A stretch of DNA of 64,000 nt, from contig CM126224.1 in assembly GCA_052327205.1 (NCBI GenBank), forward strand, positions 18,042,001 through 18,106,000, written 5' to 3'. Below the pieces are notes generated by a model. That model was not told the DNA's origin. It made no database searches and saw nothing but the letters and a program-made list of their open reading frames with translations. Shown here piece by piece: positions 51,801-61,046 of this stretch. This DNA comes from Somniosus microcephalus. Lineage: Eukaryota. A program made the position numbers and the translations under genes. Numbering within the stretch: position 1 is the stretch's first letter; each line of letters begins with the position of its first letter.

Positions 51801-53712
51801 ATGATTTTTTGATGTTACAGGAAACTTTGAGTTATCCGGAGGTGAACCATCCGGCAAGCTTGAGCCACCGGCAAAAATCAGGAGCCGTTTTTTATTCTTT
51901 TCGTTTCTTTTCTTTGCTTTTTTTTCCCCCCCAGTCAAGCACTGCAAGGTCTGTAGCTATAGCAACAGCTACAGACGATTGCAGCTGCACCCGACTGTTT
52001 GGAAGCTGTTGCTAAGCAACAGTGTTTGTTGTCAGATACGGAGATGAAAATCTCCATAGCTTTCAACATTAACTCTGGAGTGTCCGGCAGTTTTGAGGGA
52101 ACGGCAGCAGCTCGGTCCCGTCGGTGCCGAATAGCACAAAGTTTCCTGTACTAATGATTTGTTTAGTCCTGCCTCAGGTGTTCGACTGTTATGAACTTGC
52201 ACTCAATCTTGTAGTATTGTTATTCCAATGTATATAGTGCAATGTTGAAATCGATTTCCTTTTCTTTATTTTATTTTTCTTTGTATTTTTACTGGTTGCC
52301 CCCATGTTGTAGCTTTTGTTGTTTAATTCAAAGATTCTTAAAATGAAGAAAAAACATGAAATTTCTGAAGAATATAGCTGTTCAATACGGACATTCTTAA
52401 AATTTAGTGAAATAAACAAGCACTTAAGTTAGACCAGTCAAGCATTATGGGGGAGCAAGCGACAAGCAATAGGCTCATACCCATAATATTACCACAATAA
52501 GACCTGTACCCAATCTTGAAAAACTAGAGCTGTACAAACAAAGCACCTTACCTTCCATTATCAGCCATGAAGTGATCATCCAATCGTGTGTGTGTGTGTT
52601 TTGAGTTTTTTTTATGTTTATCTAGCCACACTTTCTACTGCAATGAGTAAGTAACAGCAGAGAAAACACACAATGACCGGGATTGTTGCCATGAAGACTG
52701 TAGCGTACTAATAAGAAATATATTTAAATAAAAACACAGTTCTGCACACACCGCCGGGCTGACTAAATTATCCTTTATTCATTTTTAGCAATCTAGGGCA
52801 AGGTCTGTCCAGAATTGAGTCATAAGTATCAAGTGCTCCCCTCCAACATACAGGAAACTTTCTGGTATCCGGCACGGACGGGACCGACGTGGTGCCGGTT
52901 CAGCAACAATTCCGGATAACCGAACGCTGTAGTGAAAGATACGGACCTTAGAGCTCCGTATGAAGCAACAAACCCTGTTGCTTAGCTTCAGAAGAACGTC
53001 CACAAGTTGCAAGGGTCTCTGTAGCTTAGCAACAGCTGCAGCCAAACCCTTGCCTTCCTCAATTTGTTGCTGTGCAAGTAATAAAAGTTAGCTGAAACCG
53101 ACTCCTGAATTTTACCGGTTAACCGACATTTCTGGTTATTTAGGGGCCGGTTAATCGAAAGTTTCCTGTAGTTATAGTCAGGAAGCCCTTCTGCCTTAAA
53201 CTGTCTGCAGATCTCCCCTAATGGCTCATGGAATTTAGCCTGTAACAGCTGAGCTGTACAGACCAGGACGCTTGCAGGCTCAACGTTCTCTGTATTTCAT
53301 GCTGTGTATAGAAGGTATGACATTACACCCTTCAAAACATTTATATTCAAAGATTATAGAAATTCATAAGCAAAAACATTTAAAAAAATACACAAGGTTT
53401 TGGCTCGCACCCAGGTCTATGCCTTGTGCAGCAAATGTCACCTTGCGTTTACTAGCGCAGATTTCAAGGAATTCACATTAGGCTACATCCGTCAAGTTAT
53501 AACATTAGCTTCAGATTAACTCTTTACATTACCTTGTGTACCGACGGGAGTTTATCACGTGCATGGTGATACCCTACCACACATTCCAGGCAATAACAAA
53601 GATCCTCATTGGCGGCTATTAATTCCTGTGGAGGGAGCTCCTCGGAACTGTAGCTGTGCAGAAACTCGATTGTTGAACAGCCTTGCGGTGTGCACCAACG
53701 ACAAGTGCTCAT
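3081..53712 (-). CDS. SETX: Senataxin (Sen1/UPF1-like SF1B RNA/DNA helicase), complete spliced CDS, 24 coding exons, about 2824 aa
   Basis: N-terminus MSTCRWCTP...EDLCYCLEC matches vertebrate SETX. Helicase motifs are present: [63 protein letters not shown]. All exons are bounded by AG/GT with consistent phases, and lengths sum to 8475 nt (divisible by 3). Confidence 0.96.
4684..4771 (-). CDS. SETX: SETX coding exon 23 (motif VI)
   Basis: ttccag|[29 protein letters not shown]|gttcgt, 88 nt. Confidence 0.93.
5292..5390 (-). CDS. SETX: SETX coding exon 22 (motif V)
   Basis: ttccag|[32 protein letters not shown]|gtgaag, 99 nt. Confidence 0.92.
6929..7372. mobile_element. MITE (pogo/Tc1-mariner type, TA TSD), copy 1, with internal ~113-bp tandem duplication
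   Basis: TA|CAGGAAACTTTGTGCTATCCGG ... CCGGATAGTACAAAGTTTCCTG|TA (22-bp TIR, 1 mismatch). Confidence 0.9.
7705..7881 (-). CDS. SETX: SETX coding exon 21
   Basis: ttacag|[11 protein letters not shown]...[12 protein letters not shown]...GFEQG|gtatgt, 177 nt. Confidence 0.9.
8143..10050 (+). mobile_element. Decayed, internally deleted Penelope-like element (RT plus GIY-YIG remnants, direct terminal repeats)
   Basis: YIDD at 8519-8530, YYKPTDS split by a MITE, NLVYCI..CGLLYTG..RLGD..EH, and [19 protein letters not shown]. The terminal repeat gacctgaa..ttaac..ctctctccacagatgc occurs near both 8145 and 9978. Confidence 0.85.
8686..9008. mobile_element. MITE copy 2, nested in the Penelope-like RT
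   Basis: TA|CAGGAAACTTTC...GAAAGTTTCCTG|TA; removing it restores the YYKP codons. Confidence 0.92.
10589..10681 (-). CDS. SETX: SETX coding exon 20
   Basis: ttccag|[30 protein letters not shown]|gtgcgt, 93 nt. Confidence 0.9.
11719..11906 (-). CDS. SETX: SETX coding exon 19
   Basis: ttatag|[15 protein letters not shown]...[27 protein letters not shown]|gtaaga, 188 nt. Confidence 0.93.
12252..12359 (-). repeat. ~110-bp dispersed repeat (second copy 13884-13990), LTR-3'-end-like
   Basis: Shared tgtgatggttaa.tctgcact.ag..accaagt...aacaaacaggaacag...tttatttg. Confidence 0.6.
12704..12811 (-). CDS. SETX: SETX coding exon 18 (motif III)
   Basis: tttcag|[36 protein letters not shown]|gtaaga, 108 nt. 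Confidence 0.94.
12890..13873 (-). mobile_element. L2-clade LINE 3' fragment
   Basis: ORF 13051-13956 with [26 protein letters not shown] and GGRAF..GPKLWN; L2-type tail. Confidence 0.88.
13491..13605. mobile_element. Short Penelope-like terminal fragment with a perfect 39-bp hairpin, inserted in an L2 with a 15-bp TSD
   Basis: Arms 13524-13562 and 13567-13605; direct repeat TAGAGGTAACAAAGG at 13476-13490 and 13605-13619. Family assignment is from recall. Confidence 0.75.
15644..15793 (-). CDS. SETX: SETX coding exon 17 (ends in Walker B DE)
   Basis: ttccag|[27 protein letters not shown]...FSCVVVDE|gtgaat, 150 nt. Confidence 0.93.
16048..16463 (-). mobile_element. DeuSINE-type SINE, diverged copy
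   Basis: Colinear similarity with 20191-20607. Confidence 0.75.
17674..17745 (-). CDS. SETX: SETX coding exon 16
   Basis: ctccag|[24 protein letters not shown]|gtaaga, 72 nt. Confidence 0.88.
18655..19150 (-). mobile_element. CR1-group LINE 3' fragment (third family); related copies at about 14870-15175 (+) and 40450-40830 (-)
   Basis: [34 protein letters not shown]; shared gactgcagcggttcaa..gctcaccaccaccttctc 3' UTR. Confidence 0.75.
20191..20607 (-). mobile_element. tRNA-derived DeuSINE-type SINE (SacSINE1-like)
   Basis: A box TGGCTCAGTGG, B box GGTTCAAGTCC, central gacgtaaaagatcccatggcactatttcgaagaagagcagggg domain, L2-like tail. Confidence 0.8.
20893..21005 (-). CDS. SETX: SETX coding exon 15
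   Basis: gtgcag|[37 protein letters not shown]|gtaaat, 113 nt. Confidence 0.85.
21568..21669 (-). CDS. SETX: SETX coding exon 14
   Basis: cttcag|[33 protein letters not shown]|gtaagt, 102 nt. Confidence 0.92.
22218..22374 (-). CDS. SETX: SETX coding exon 13 (motif Ia)
   Basis: atctag|GQENVK...[18 protein letters not shown]...KCL|gtatac, 157 nt. Confidence 0.92.
23179..23331 (-). CDS. SETX: SETX coding exon 12 (Walker A)
   Basis: acacag|[11 protein letters not shown]...[24 protein letters not shown]|gtactg, 153 nt. Confidence 0.93.
24153..24385 (-). CDS. SETX: SETX coding exon 11
   Basis: gaacag|[15 protein letters not shown]...[18 protein letters not shown]...WSCA|gtaagt, 233 nt. Confidence 0.9.
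25141..25865. mobile_element. Putative non-autonomous DNA transposon (possibly PIF/Harbinger-like)
   Basis: Imperfect TIRs gccggattttgcggt / accgcaaattccgggcc; CpG-rich ends around an AT-rich core; no ORF; TSD unclear. Confidence 0.55.
25988..26410 (+). mobile_element. DeuSINE-type SINE, diverged copy
   Basis: gtcagccttggctcagtgg head to tataaatgcaagttc tail; reverse complement of the other two copies. Confidence 0.75.
26453..26779. mobile_element. MITE copy 3
   Basis: TA|CAGGAAACT...AAAGTTTCCTG|TA. Confidence 0.9.
27453..27626 (-). CDS. SETX: SETX coding exon 10
   Basis: actcag|[24 protein letters not shown]...[13 protein letters not shown]|gtgagt, 174 nt. Confidence 0.88.
27918..28398. 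mobile_element. Inverted pair of Penelope-like terminal-repeat fragments
   Basis: 27918-28052 is the reverse complement of 28234-28370; both resemble the 3' repeat at 9900-10045. Confidence 0.8.
29012..29120 (-). CDS. SETX: SETX coding exon 9
   Basis: atacag|[13 protein letters not shown]...IRADFQ|gtgaga, 109 nt, phase 0 to 1. Confidence 0.85.
29907..33870 (+). mobile_element. Near full-length, decayed CR1 LINE (second subfamily) in SETX intron
   Basis: ORF1 remnants (HICSKC, GDS, GTND, DGLH, RALN*) and ORF2 broken into ORFs 31023-33779 by stops and frameshifts; TTCTTATG-type tail. Confidence 0.93.
34750..39348 (-). CDS. SETX: SETX coding exon 8 (giant 4599-nt exon: end of N-terminal domain plus long disordered region)
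   Basis: tttatag|[24 protein letters not shown]...[12 protein letters not shown]|gtgagt; matches the 1529-aa ORF in the track. Confidence 0.95.
39925..40021 (-). CDS. SETX: SETX coding exon 7
   Basis: tttttag|[32 protein letters not shown]|gtacta, 97 nt. Confidence 0.88.
41100..41980 (+). mobile_element. Old L2 3' fragment interrupted by an LTR-like insert
   Basis: Degenerate similarity to the 12890 L2 (aaccttggtgtc, gtccaaaactctgc, aggcactatataactgcaagt tail). Confidence 0.6.
41371..41599 (+). mobile_element. Putative solo LTR nested in L2
   Basis: Flanked by ACTCCCC direct repeats (41364-41370, 41600-41606); internal TATAAATA and ATTAAA; ends TATTACATC(A). Confidence 0.5.
42070..42235 (-). 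CDS. SETX: SETX coding exon 6
   Basis: tgtag|[31 protein letters not shown]...VRNP; phase-2 donor AAG|gttggt is required by the frame of the next exon, 166 nt. Confidence 0.87.
43673..43792 (-). CDS. SETX: SETX coding exon 5
   Basis: gcatag|[39 protein letters not shown]|gtgtgt, 120 nt. Confidence 0.9.
44260..44790 (+). mobile_element. Old decayed CR1 3' fragment (others at about 54520-54630, 57440-57700 and 59355-59496)
   Basis: Degenerate match to the CR1 ORF2 C-terminal coding sequence (aggaatggaatacaaaagcaag, gtgtacacagttttgg, ttataggaaggatat). Confidence 0.65.
45084..45303 (-). CDS. SETX: SETX coding exon 4
   Basis: tttttag|[25 protein letters not shown]...HKNYWL|gtgagt, 220 nt. Confidence 0.93.
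46530..47274 (+). mobile_element. 5'-truncated RTE-clade LINE 3' end
   Basis: ORF with [26 protein letters not shown] and GGQRKRFKD, and a terminal CPAC..HLRTH zinc finger; short aagaggaggag tail. Confidence 0.85.
47290..47399 (-). CDS. SETX: SETX coding exon 3
   Basis: ttttag|[36 protein letters not shown]|gtaagt, 110 nt. Confidence 0.92.
47728..47975 (-). mobile_element. L2 3' tail fragment
   Basis: Similar to 12890-13210 (catttatatagcgcctttaa...aaagcttggtcaaa..gtaggttttaag). Confidence 0.7.
48310..49506 (+). mobile_element. 5'-truncated CR1 LINE (similar to the 29907 copy) with duplicated 3' UTR
   Basis: RT C-terminal ORF 48544-49278, close to 32820-33780; ends in ttcttatgttcttatg. Confidence 0.92.
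49933..50143 (-). CDS. SETX: SETX coding exon 2
   Basis: tttgcag|[10 protein letters not shown]...[11 protein letters not shown]|gtaagt, 211 nt. Confidence 0.93.
51818..52148. mobile_element. MITE copy 4
   Basis: TA|CAGGAAACTTTG...CAAAGTTTCCTG|TA; inverted relative to copy 1. Confidence 0.9.
52851..53168. mobile_element. MITE copy 5 (close inverted match to copy 2)
   Basis: TA|CAGGAAACTTTC...GAAAGTTTCCTG|TA. Confidence 0.92.
53533..53712 (-). CDS. SETX: SETX coding exon 1 (ATG at 53712; likely acceptor just upstream of 53717)
   Basis: [11 protein letters not shown]...DKLPSVHK, 180 nt, donor AAG|gtaatg. Confidence 0.93.
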
Positions 53713-56700
53713 CTTACCTACTTGAACATGAAAAACAGAATTAAACCATAGTGCAGTAGGCAATGTGTGATAGTAGTTAGGATCGTCCGCACACGGTGTA
53801 AAAGTACAATACACATAACGCTACTGTAGGAATATAGTCACGATAACTTTAAACAAGCAATAAGCATAGCCAATTACGAAACCGCTCGTGTCAGCTGCAG
53901 GAGAGGACAGCATCACTTAATTAAGAGAATATCCTGCCTGTCACAATAACAGGTGTGCTTTTAATTGTTTCGAACGAATATAATACTTCCAGTAAACAGT
54001 GTTCAAAACCCCAAGGGCTGTCTGGAAAATAAGCAGCACATATTGTAGAAAGAATAGTAGACTGTACTTCATTCAATCAAGGTGTCCTGGGCTAAAATGC
54101 TTTCTGATGTTAGAACTTTGCAAGGTTAACGTCCATTCCTACCTTTTCACACCTTGACTGCTCTAAATTAAACTCACTGCTCTTGGTGCATGTATTTAAA
54201 TATTTTCCTTCCTTCCTCACTCAAAGATCATTAGTTTCGGTTAATACTGCTCTTTAACCAACTGCTAGGTGCGCAGGTGTGGCTGGATCCATCAGTTCCA
54301 TCCCCGTCAACTTTCTGCAGCGCCCCCTCCACCACAGAGGCATAGGAACTGCCGTGCACAGCTTCCCCACAATAGCACAGTAGGCATAACTAGTCCATAA
54401 TGTGAAGAACAGGATCTCCAAGAAAACTGGGAGAAGGTCTGCACAAGCCATCACAAAGAATTTCAAGAAAAGCAAAGATTTGGAACTCCCGTATATAGAC
54501 TAGTTATTTTAAATAAACATACACAAGAGCAGGGAGGCTATGCTTGAACTGTATAAAACACTAGTTAGGCCGCAGCTAGAATACTGCGTGCAGCTCTGGT
54601 CACCACATTACAGGAAGGATGTGATTGCACTAAAAGCCCATCAATGTTAGCCTTATCCAATAGACAGTGCAATCTCCTGAGCCAACCACTACAATCATTT
54701 GTATTCACCCATGGAGGAGGGAAAAAAATTAAAATTATACTTTTTATCCGAGTCACTCTTACATTAAAATTACAAAGAGTAAATATTACATTCAGCAGTT
54801 AATTTGCATATAAATATCGTACTGATAAGCATTACCATCTTACTTTGCTGGGGAAATAAAGAACTGGTCAACGTACAGGGTGATCAAAGAAACAGTGCAG
54901 CTATACATGACTAATATTAACAATTTAAATTACATAATTATAGCACAATGGTAAAACTTAAACTCAATTAAATGAAAGTGTAAAATCTTTCAAGTGCATT
55001 TATTAATTACACGGTGAACATGTTATGATGTTCAGTTATGATATAACACGTTCAGTTATGATTCTGACCCCTACAGTGGTGGTAAACTATTGAGCCAGCT
55101 TCTTGCTGAAAAAGCGATGCATGTCTTTTCAGTTGCTCGGATCTTACCAACATTCGCAGCTACTGATCACAGTACAGCTAGTGCCTCGATTGCTTGTTCA
55201 GCTGAAGAATCTTGGCGCATGCCCAGTTTCTAAGTAACTGAGTGGAGGTGGATAATTTGTTCGTCTGAAGAGTGAACAAGTCACCGCGGTGTGCAGTTTT
55301 TAAGTACTAAAGTTACATCCTCAAAATAAAGACACTAGTCACTTCTGGTTAATATTCTAAATGCCCCTTTTTAAATGGCTAGAAGAATTTTAAATAGCTT
55401 GCTAATTAAACTGATGGGGGATTTTTGCCACCTTTACAAAGAAATGTACAGAAAAAGAACACTTGGCCTTACCTCAAGGGTATCCATTTTAATTAAACTG
55501 CTAGAAAATTTCAGATTTTGCTTCCAACTGCCCAACAATTATCCCTTAAGGCAACTAGCTCCACAATTTAAATATTTCCTACACCCCAACAAGGTATAAC
55601 AGCTGTTGGTGTTTATTATAAAGAGGTTATTTAAATTGTTAGTGAACGGTTTGTGAGCATTGCATACATTAGGCTCTGAACAGTCTAGCAATTCATAGTT
55701 TTTGCACTAAAAATAAATTATCCAATAATTGAATTAACCAACATAAATAATAGGAAAGAGGGAATTCAGTGCTAAAAATTGAATTATTGGATCATTTGAA
55801 TTAAACTTTGAATTAAGATGTATAGACTATTTCATCCATTGCCACCAAAATAACAAGGCTGATCATCATTAAACACACCTATTACTAGAAAAATTAAGCC
55901 CCTCGCAAAATTTATACCACAGGAGACTCTTCGCCTCGGATTTTGTACCAGCCTTTTGCAGGAAAAGATGCAGAAGCTGTGTCTCAGGTTGAACCTGAAA
56001 TTCTTGATTCTCAAACAGAATCGATGTAAACACAGTTTAATTACTCATTGGGAAATCACAGGCAACAGTTCCTGGAGTTTGGGGGCTGAACACTTGGGCT
56101 CAGGTAGAGGGCACTTTATTCTGCACCTTGACCTGGAAGTGCTTGACGTGCCTGAAATGGAAAGTGTCTCGTTGCCTGGCACAAAATTCACTACAACAGT
56201 AAGATACACTGGAAACCAAAGCTCGTTGTAGCTCACATGAAACTTACACCCTGCAATTGGACAGCGTCATTTTTATATTTTGTTAGGATGAAATCTCTAC
56301 ACTATTGAGCAACAATTTGTGCTCAGTTCTCCAACTTTAGATGGCCTGGAACCTTTTATCACGTGAACAATCGTTTAAAAAAAACAGTAAACAGTCTTAA
56401 CAAAAGCCTACTACAGACAGTAACATGGCCTATTTAAAGCTGGCTTACAGCTAGCTCGCATCACAAGCTTACATCACAATACTGTTCACTGCACATCTGC
56501 TCAGGAAGAGCCTTCACCACACCACAAACAAGGTAACGAGACAAAAAAGTCAGACAGCACAAGGGAGCCCAATTAATGCAAGCAAGTGGAATGACAAGAT
56601 CACTGCAGATTAATGACTAGATCTACTGAGGCTCGTTAATTTGCACCCCCTCCTCCCCCCAACACCACTACTCCTAGTTTTAACAGCACTGCTGATTAAA

Positions 56701-58968
56701 CTAAACAGAAACAAAAAAATGTTGAACTTAAGTCACATTTTAAAGTGTCTGATTTTTTATAAAAAGGGACGGTGTTGGAAGAAAAACATTCTAGAGGTCC
56801 TAACATGAATTCAGTTTGGTAAATTCAATCTAGTTCATTGCAGACAGGTCTGCTACAAAAAAAAAATTATGTGCTCTTGCACAGACAGGTCATATGATTT
56901 TGGGGTTTTCTGTGAAAAGGAAATGTCATTCTGCTGCAGTATGGAATGGTCCTCTCACACTGTGGCCCAGACTTTGAGTGAGCTTTCGCATGCAATACCC
57001 ACTTCTGCATTACTGAGCAGGGGCTATATATAAAAATCACAGTCCCAGAGGAATGCCACCCAAGTGAAGACTGACAATCTCCCAGAGCTGCTCTGAAAAA
57101 ATTTTTACCATCGAGAAGCAAGACCATCTCAGGACTCACACAAATGTGCATATCTCATGCCATCAGGTCTCCAGAGCTCATCAGCTTTATATTCGAGTGC
57201 CAGTGGAGAGCTGCTTGTGTGCTGGTGATGGCACACCTTTAATAGAAAAACCATCTTTACTCTGACACCTGCTAACAGATGTTTTCAACATTGTGAAGGT
57301 CTAAAGCAGTTTGTCCTCAGCTAACTGGAGAACAAAGTTTCTCCCTCCCACATTTTCTACACGCGTTTTGTTTTTTAAATTTGGATTCCAAGAGCTTGGT
57401 GTCCACGAGGTGAGAAAAATATATTACTGGCAGATCTAGATACAATGGGGGAAATGGGCCTACATCTGGCAGATGCCATTTAATATAGATAAATGTAGTG
57501 TTGTGCACGTGGATAGGGCCACCGCCAAACACTTGGGCACCATGCAGAGTTTTGCGCTCATAACTAGTTTAGATGGCAGGAATTGTATCTTTTCAGAGAG
57601 TCACAGACCTATGGAGCAAGTTGCTGGCTCGCACAGCAAGGGTGGATTGGCTGCAATCATTCAAAATGGAGCAGGACAAATTCCTGAGTGGGGCCGACGT
57701 AAATACAGATAGGTCGGTCGGTAGGATATTGGGGGATGTGTGTCTGCCAGTCTCCTGGAACCGGTTTGACTTCCTTTTTGGACTTAAGTGCAATTTCCCA
57801 GAGTGTTTTTTTTTCTAAATTGGCCTACAGTTTTTTGCCTGTCCCAGAAGATTGCTTTGCCAGTGGTGGTCAGGGGCAGGCGGGGCGATGGGTGGCGGTG
57901 CATAAGTTGTACGATGACAGTATGGGGCAGGCTCAATGGACCAGTTGGTCGTCTTTTGTCTGCATGAGCCATGCGGCTAAATGGGGTTAGACTGGCAGCA
58001 GAGCAGTTGACCCAACTTCACCTGGGTTTATAAGGATATTTTTACATTGCTCATTGGCTGCCCCTAGTTTTAGGCACTCACCTCATCAAAAGTTTGTACA
58101 CATCAACAGTTTATGTTTCAGAACATTTGGCAGAGAATCGCATCTTCAGATAAGGCACTTCCCCTTCAGGGAACGATGATAATGGGCAGAAACTACTCAG
58201 AAGCCAGCTCAAGTGTGTCATTGGCATAGTCCCAGAAACAGGTTGTCTGCCTTTCCCATTTAAAGAGATCATTGTTCACATAAAAAGCTTTCTTTCTTGG
58301 GGGAGGGCAGGAGTTTGAAGCTCTAGACTTGACAAGTAGAAAGGTAATTGCGATGTTCATGACAAAGATTTGTAAGTCAGACTCATCAAAAAATATTCCG
58401 TTCTCACTCATCTCCTGCAATATCTTAGTGTACCACAGCACAGGTTTAATATATGGTTGCAAACACACAAAAAAAATAGAATATGTATTAATAGTATAAA
58501 GGAACATAATAAAAAGGAACTATTTCTCAGTAAACCATCCTCTATCTGTAAGCAGATACTTTTGCAATCTAGTCCGATATTAACTTGATGTAAAAAGTTA
58601 AAACAAAAAATTATTTCTGCCACGTTAACATGAAGCCAAATTAAAAAACTGGGCAGCAGAAGAGTCCAATCAAACAGCTTAGAAGTAGGTACGTGTGTAA
58701 CTTAAAATACAAAAGCAGCTATCTGGGAGTGTGTTCAAAGCTGCAGCAAGCACAAGGGGCTTGGACGTCTGTATAAACTGTTCAAGCTGTGCTCTTGTGG
58801 TTTATGAAATCATCGGAATCCCTGGGACCCACTCCTATCCATCTGTTCTATGCACCCGATAGAACTGGAGCCCTGCAACAGCAGAAACGTGCCCAGTCCT
58901 GTACAATACTTGTGTCGGTCACTTGTCAACTACTGCAATTCAGCTCTCGGGAAGTTTCACAGACATAA

Positions 58969-58999
<31 letters not shown>
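58969..58999. repeat. (TA)n microsatellite
   Basis: atatacatatatatatatatatatatat. Confidence 0.85.
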
Positions 59000-59000
<1 letters not shown>

Positions 59001-59985
59001 CAGTATTCATCAGTCTTTCCTGTCTCCTCTCACACAAAAGGCAATTCTTACCCAAGCTGTGTTAGGTGTAACACATTCCTTTAACACACATGTGGAAGAT
59101 TCTTCCTCATGTAAATACACCAAAATTCTGACTACACATTTGTTCAGTGTGCACCACATCTATAAACAGCCAAAGAAACAGAGGGTAAAGTGATTGCAAA
59201 TGGACTGCCTTTTTCACCTGATGTTACAATCCATCTCTGTAAAACATTAGGTCATAAGATGGCCTGCAAAAGTGATATAAAATGTTGAAACATTTGGTAG
59301 CATATTACTTACCTTTCTGAATGCAAGGGATGCTAATTTGTATCTTGAGAAGGAGAATCATAGAAATTTACAGCACAGGAGGCCATTCGGCCCATCATGT
59401 CTGTGCTGGCTGAAAAAGAGCTATCCAGCCTAATCCCACTTTCCAGCACTTGGTCCGTAGCCTTGCAGGTTACGGCACTTCAAGTGCATATCATAGTACA
59501 GGAAACTTTGTGCTATCCGGCACCGAGCTGTTGCCGTCCCATCAAAACTGCCGGACAAACCAGCGGCGGCAGGCAGCGAGAGGCGGGACCTGTGGGAGAC
59601 TCGGCGGCGAGGTACAAAAGGCGGCAGCGGGGCCAGGAGAGGCCTCAGAGCAGCGGCGGCAGGCAGCGAGAGGCGGGACCTGCGGGAGACTCGGCGGCAG
59701 CGAGGTACAAAAGCGGCAGCGAGGCCAGGAGAGGCCTACCAAACTCCAGTCTGCGAGCTCGGTAGTTGCAGGGAGGTAAAAAGTAATCGGGGTGTGACGT
59801 CACCAGGGAGCAGGTAAGTGATTGGTTGGTGAGTATTTCTCTCTTTTCATTACAAGCTTGAATTCTGTGGTGTTAAATTTCTAGGGGCTCTGTTGTGGTG
59901 AGGACAGTTGGTAAATAAAGCGCCCTAGAGTATACCTGTAACTGGGGTATTGAATAAATTTTTAGATTAATTAAAGGAGTAAGTC

Positions 59986-60927
59986 ATGGCAGGAGAGCTC
60001 AGACCCGTGTTCTGCTCCTCCTGCTCTATGTGGGAAATCAGGGACGCTGCCAGTGTCCCTGGCGACCATGTGTGCGGGAAATGCATCCAGCTGCAGCTAC
60101 TTGTAGACCGCATTGTGGCGCTCGAGCTGCGGGTGGATGAATTTTGGAGCATACGCGATGCTGAGAGGCTCGTGGATAGCACGTTTAGCGAGTTGTTCAC
60201 GCCTCAGGGTAGGGCAGCACAGGGGGTGACCATCAGGCGGAGCAACAAAGGCAGGCAGGTAGTGCAGGGAACCCCTGCGGACATCCCCCTTTCAAACAAG
60301 TATACCGCTTTGGATACTGTTGAGGGGGATGACTCACCAGGGGAAGGCAGCAGCAGCCAACTTCCTGGCACTGGCGGTGCTCCTGCTGCCCAGGAAGGGG
60401 GGAAAAAGAGTGGGAGAGCAATAGTGGTAGGGGATTCTATAGTAAGGGGAACAGATAGGAGTTTCTGTGGCCGTAGACGTGAATCCAGGATGGTTTGTTG
60501 CCTCCCTGGTGCCAGGGTCAAGGATGTCACTGAGCGGCTGCAGGGCATTCTGGAGGGGGAGGGTGAACAGCCAGTGGTCGTGGTCCACATTGGTACCAAC
60601 GACATAGGTAAAAAGAGGGATGAGGTCCTGCAGCAAGAATTTAGGGAGCTAGGTGAAGGATTAAAGAGCAGGAACTCAAGGGTTGTAATCTCTGGATTAC
60701 TCCCGGTGCCACGTGCTAGTAAGTATAGGAATAGGAAGATAGAACAGATGAATGCGTGGCTAAAGGGATGGTGCAGGGGGGAGGGCTTTAGTTTCCTGGA
60801 TCACTGGGTCTGCTTCTGGGAAAGGTGGGACTTGTACAAGTCGGACGGTTTACACCTGAACCAGAGGGGAACCAATATCCTTGCGGGGAGGTTTGCTAGC
60901 ACTGCTGGGGGGGGGGGTTTAAACTAA
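59986..60927 (+). CDS. CR1 ORF1p: zinc-finger-like N-terminus, coiled coil, SGNH esterase-like domain (313 aa)
   Basis: CSSC...CGKC, leucine-rich helix, and GDS, GTND and DGLH esterase blocks. Confidence 0.92.
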   Translation: MAGELRPVFCSSCSMWEIRDAASVPGDHVCGKCIQLQLLVDRIVALELRVDEFWSIRDAERLVDSTFSELFTPQGRAAQGVTIRRSNKGRQVVQGTPADIPLSNKYTALDTVEGDDSPGEGSSSQLPGTGGAPAAQEGGKKSGRAIVVGDSIVRGTDRSFCGRRRESRMVCCLPGARVKDVTERLQGILEGEGEQPVVVVHIGTNDIGKKRDEVLQQEFRELGEGLKSRNSRVVISGLLPVPRASKYRNRKIEQMNAWLKGWCRGEGFSFLDHWVCFWERWDLYKSDGLHLNQRGTNILAGRFASTAGGGGLN

Positions 60928-61046
60928 CTTGGCAGGGGGATGGGGTACAGAGTGGAGCTATAGTAGGGGGTGATTTACAGCCAAATACAGAGGGAAAAAC
61001 AAGTCAGCTGGGAAGGCAAAGCAAATACGTGAAGGCAAAAGAGAAT

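Noticed and set aside
58193-58507. 104-aa minus-strand ORF upstream of the SETX ATG that looks protein-like
   Set aside because: No recognisable homology and no convincing splice sites linking it to SETX; could be chance or 5' UTR sequence.
59305-59345. Strong minus-strand donor AAAG|GTAAGT as a possible SETX 5' UTR exon end
   Set aside because: No clear acceptor or promoter; non-coding exons cannot be established without transcripts.
59397-59779. ORFs of 122 and 109 aa over the CR1 5' end
   Set aside because: They span a CR1 tail, a MITE and GC-rich monomers, so they are a stop-poor composite rather than a gene.
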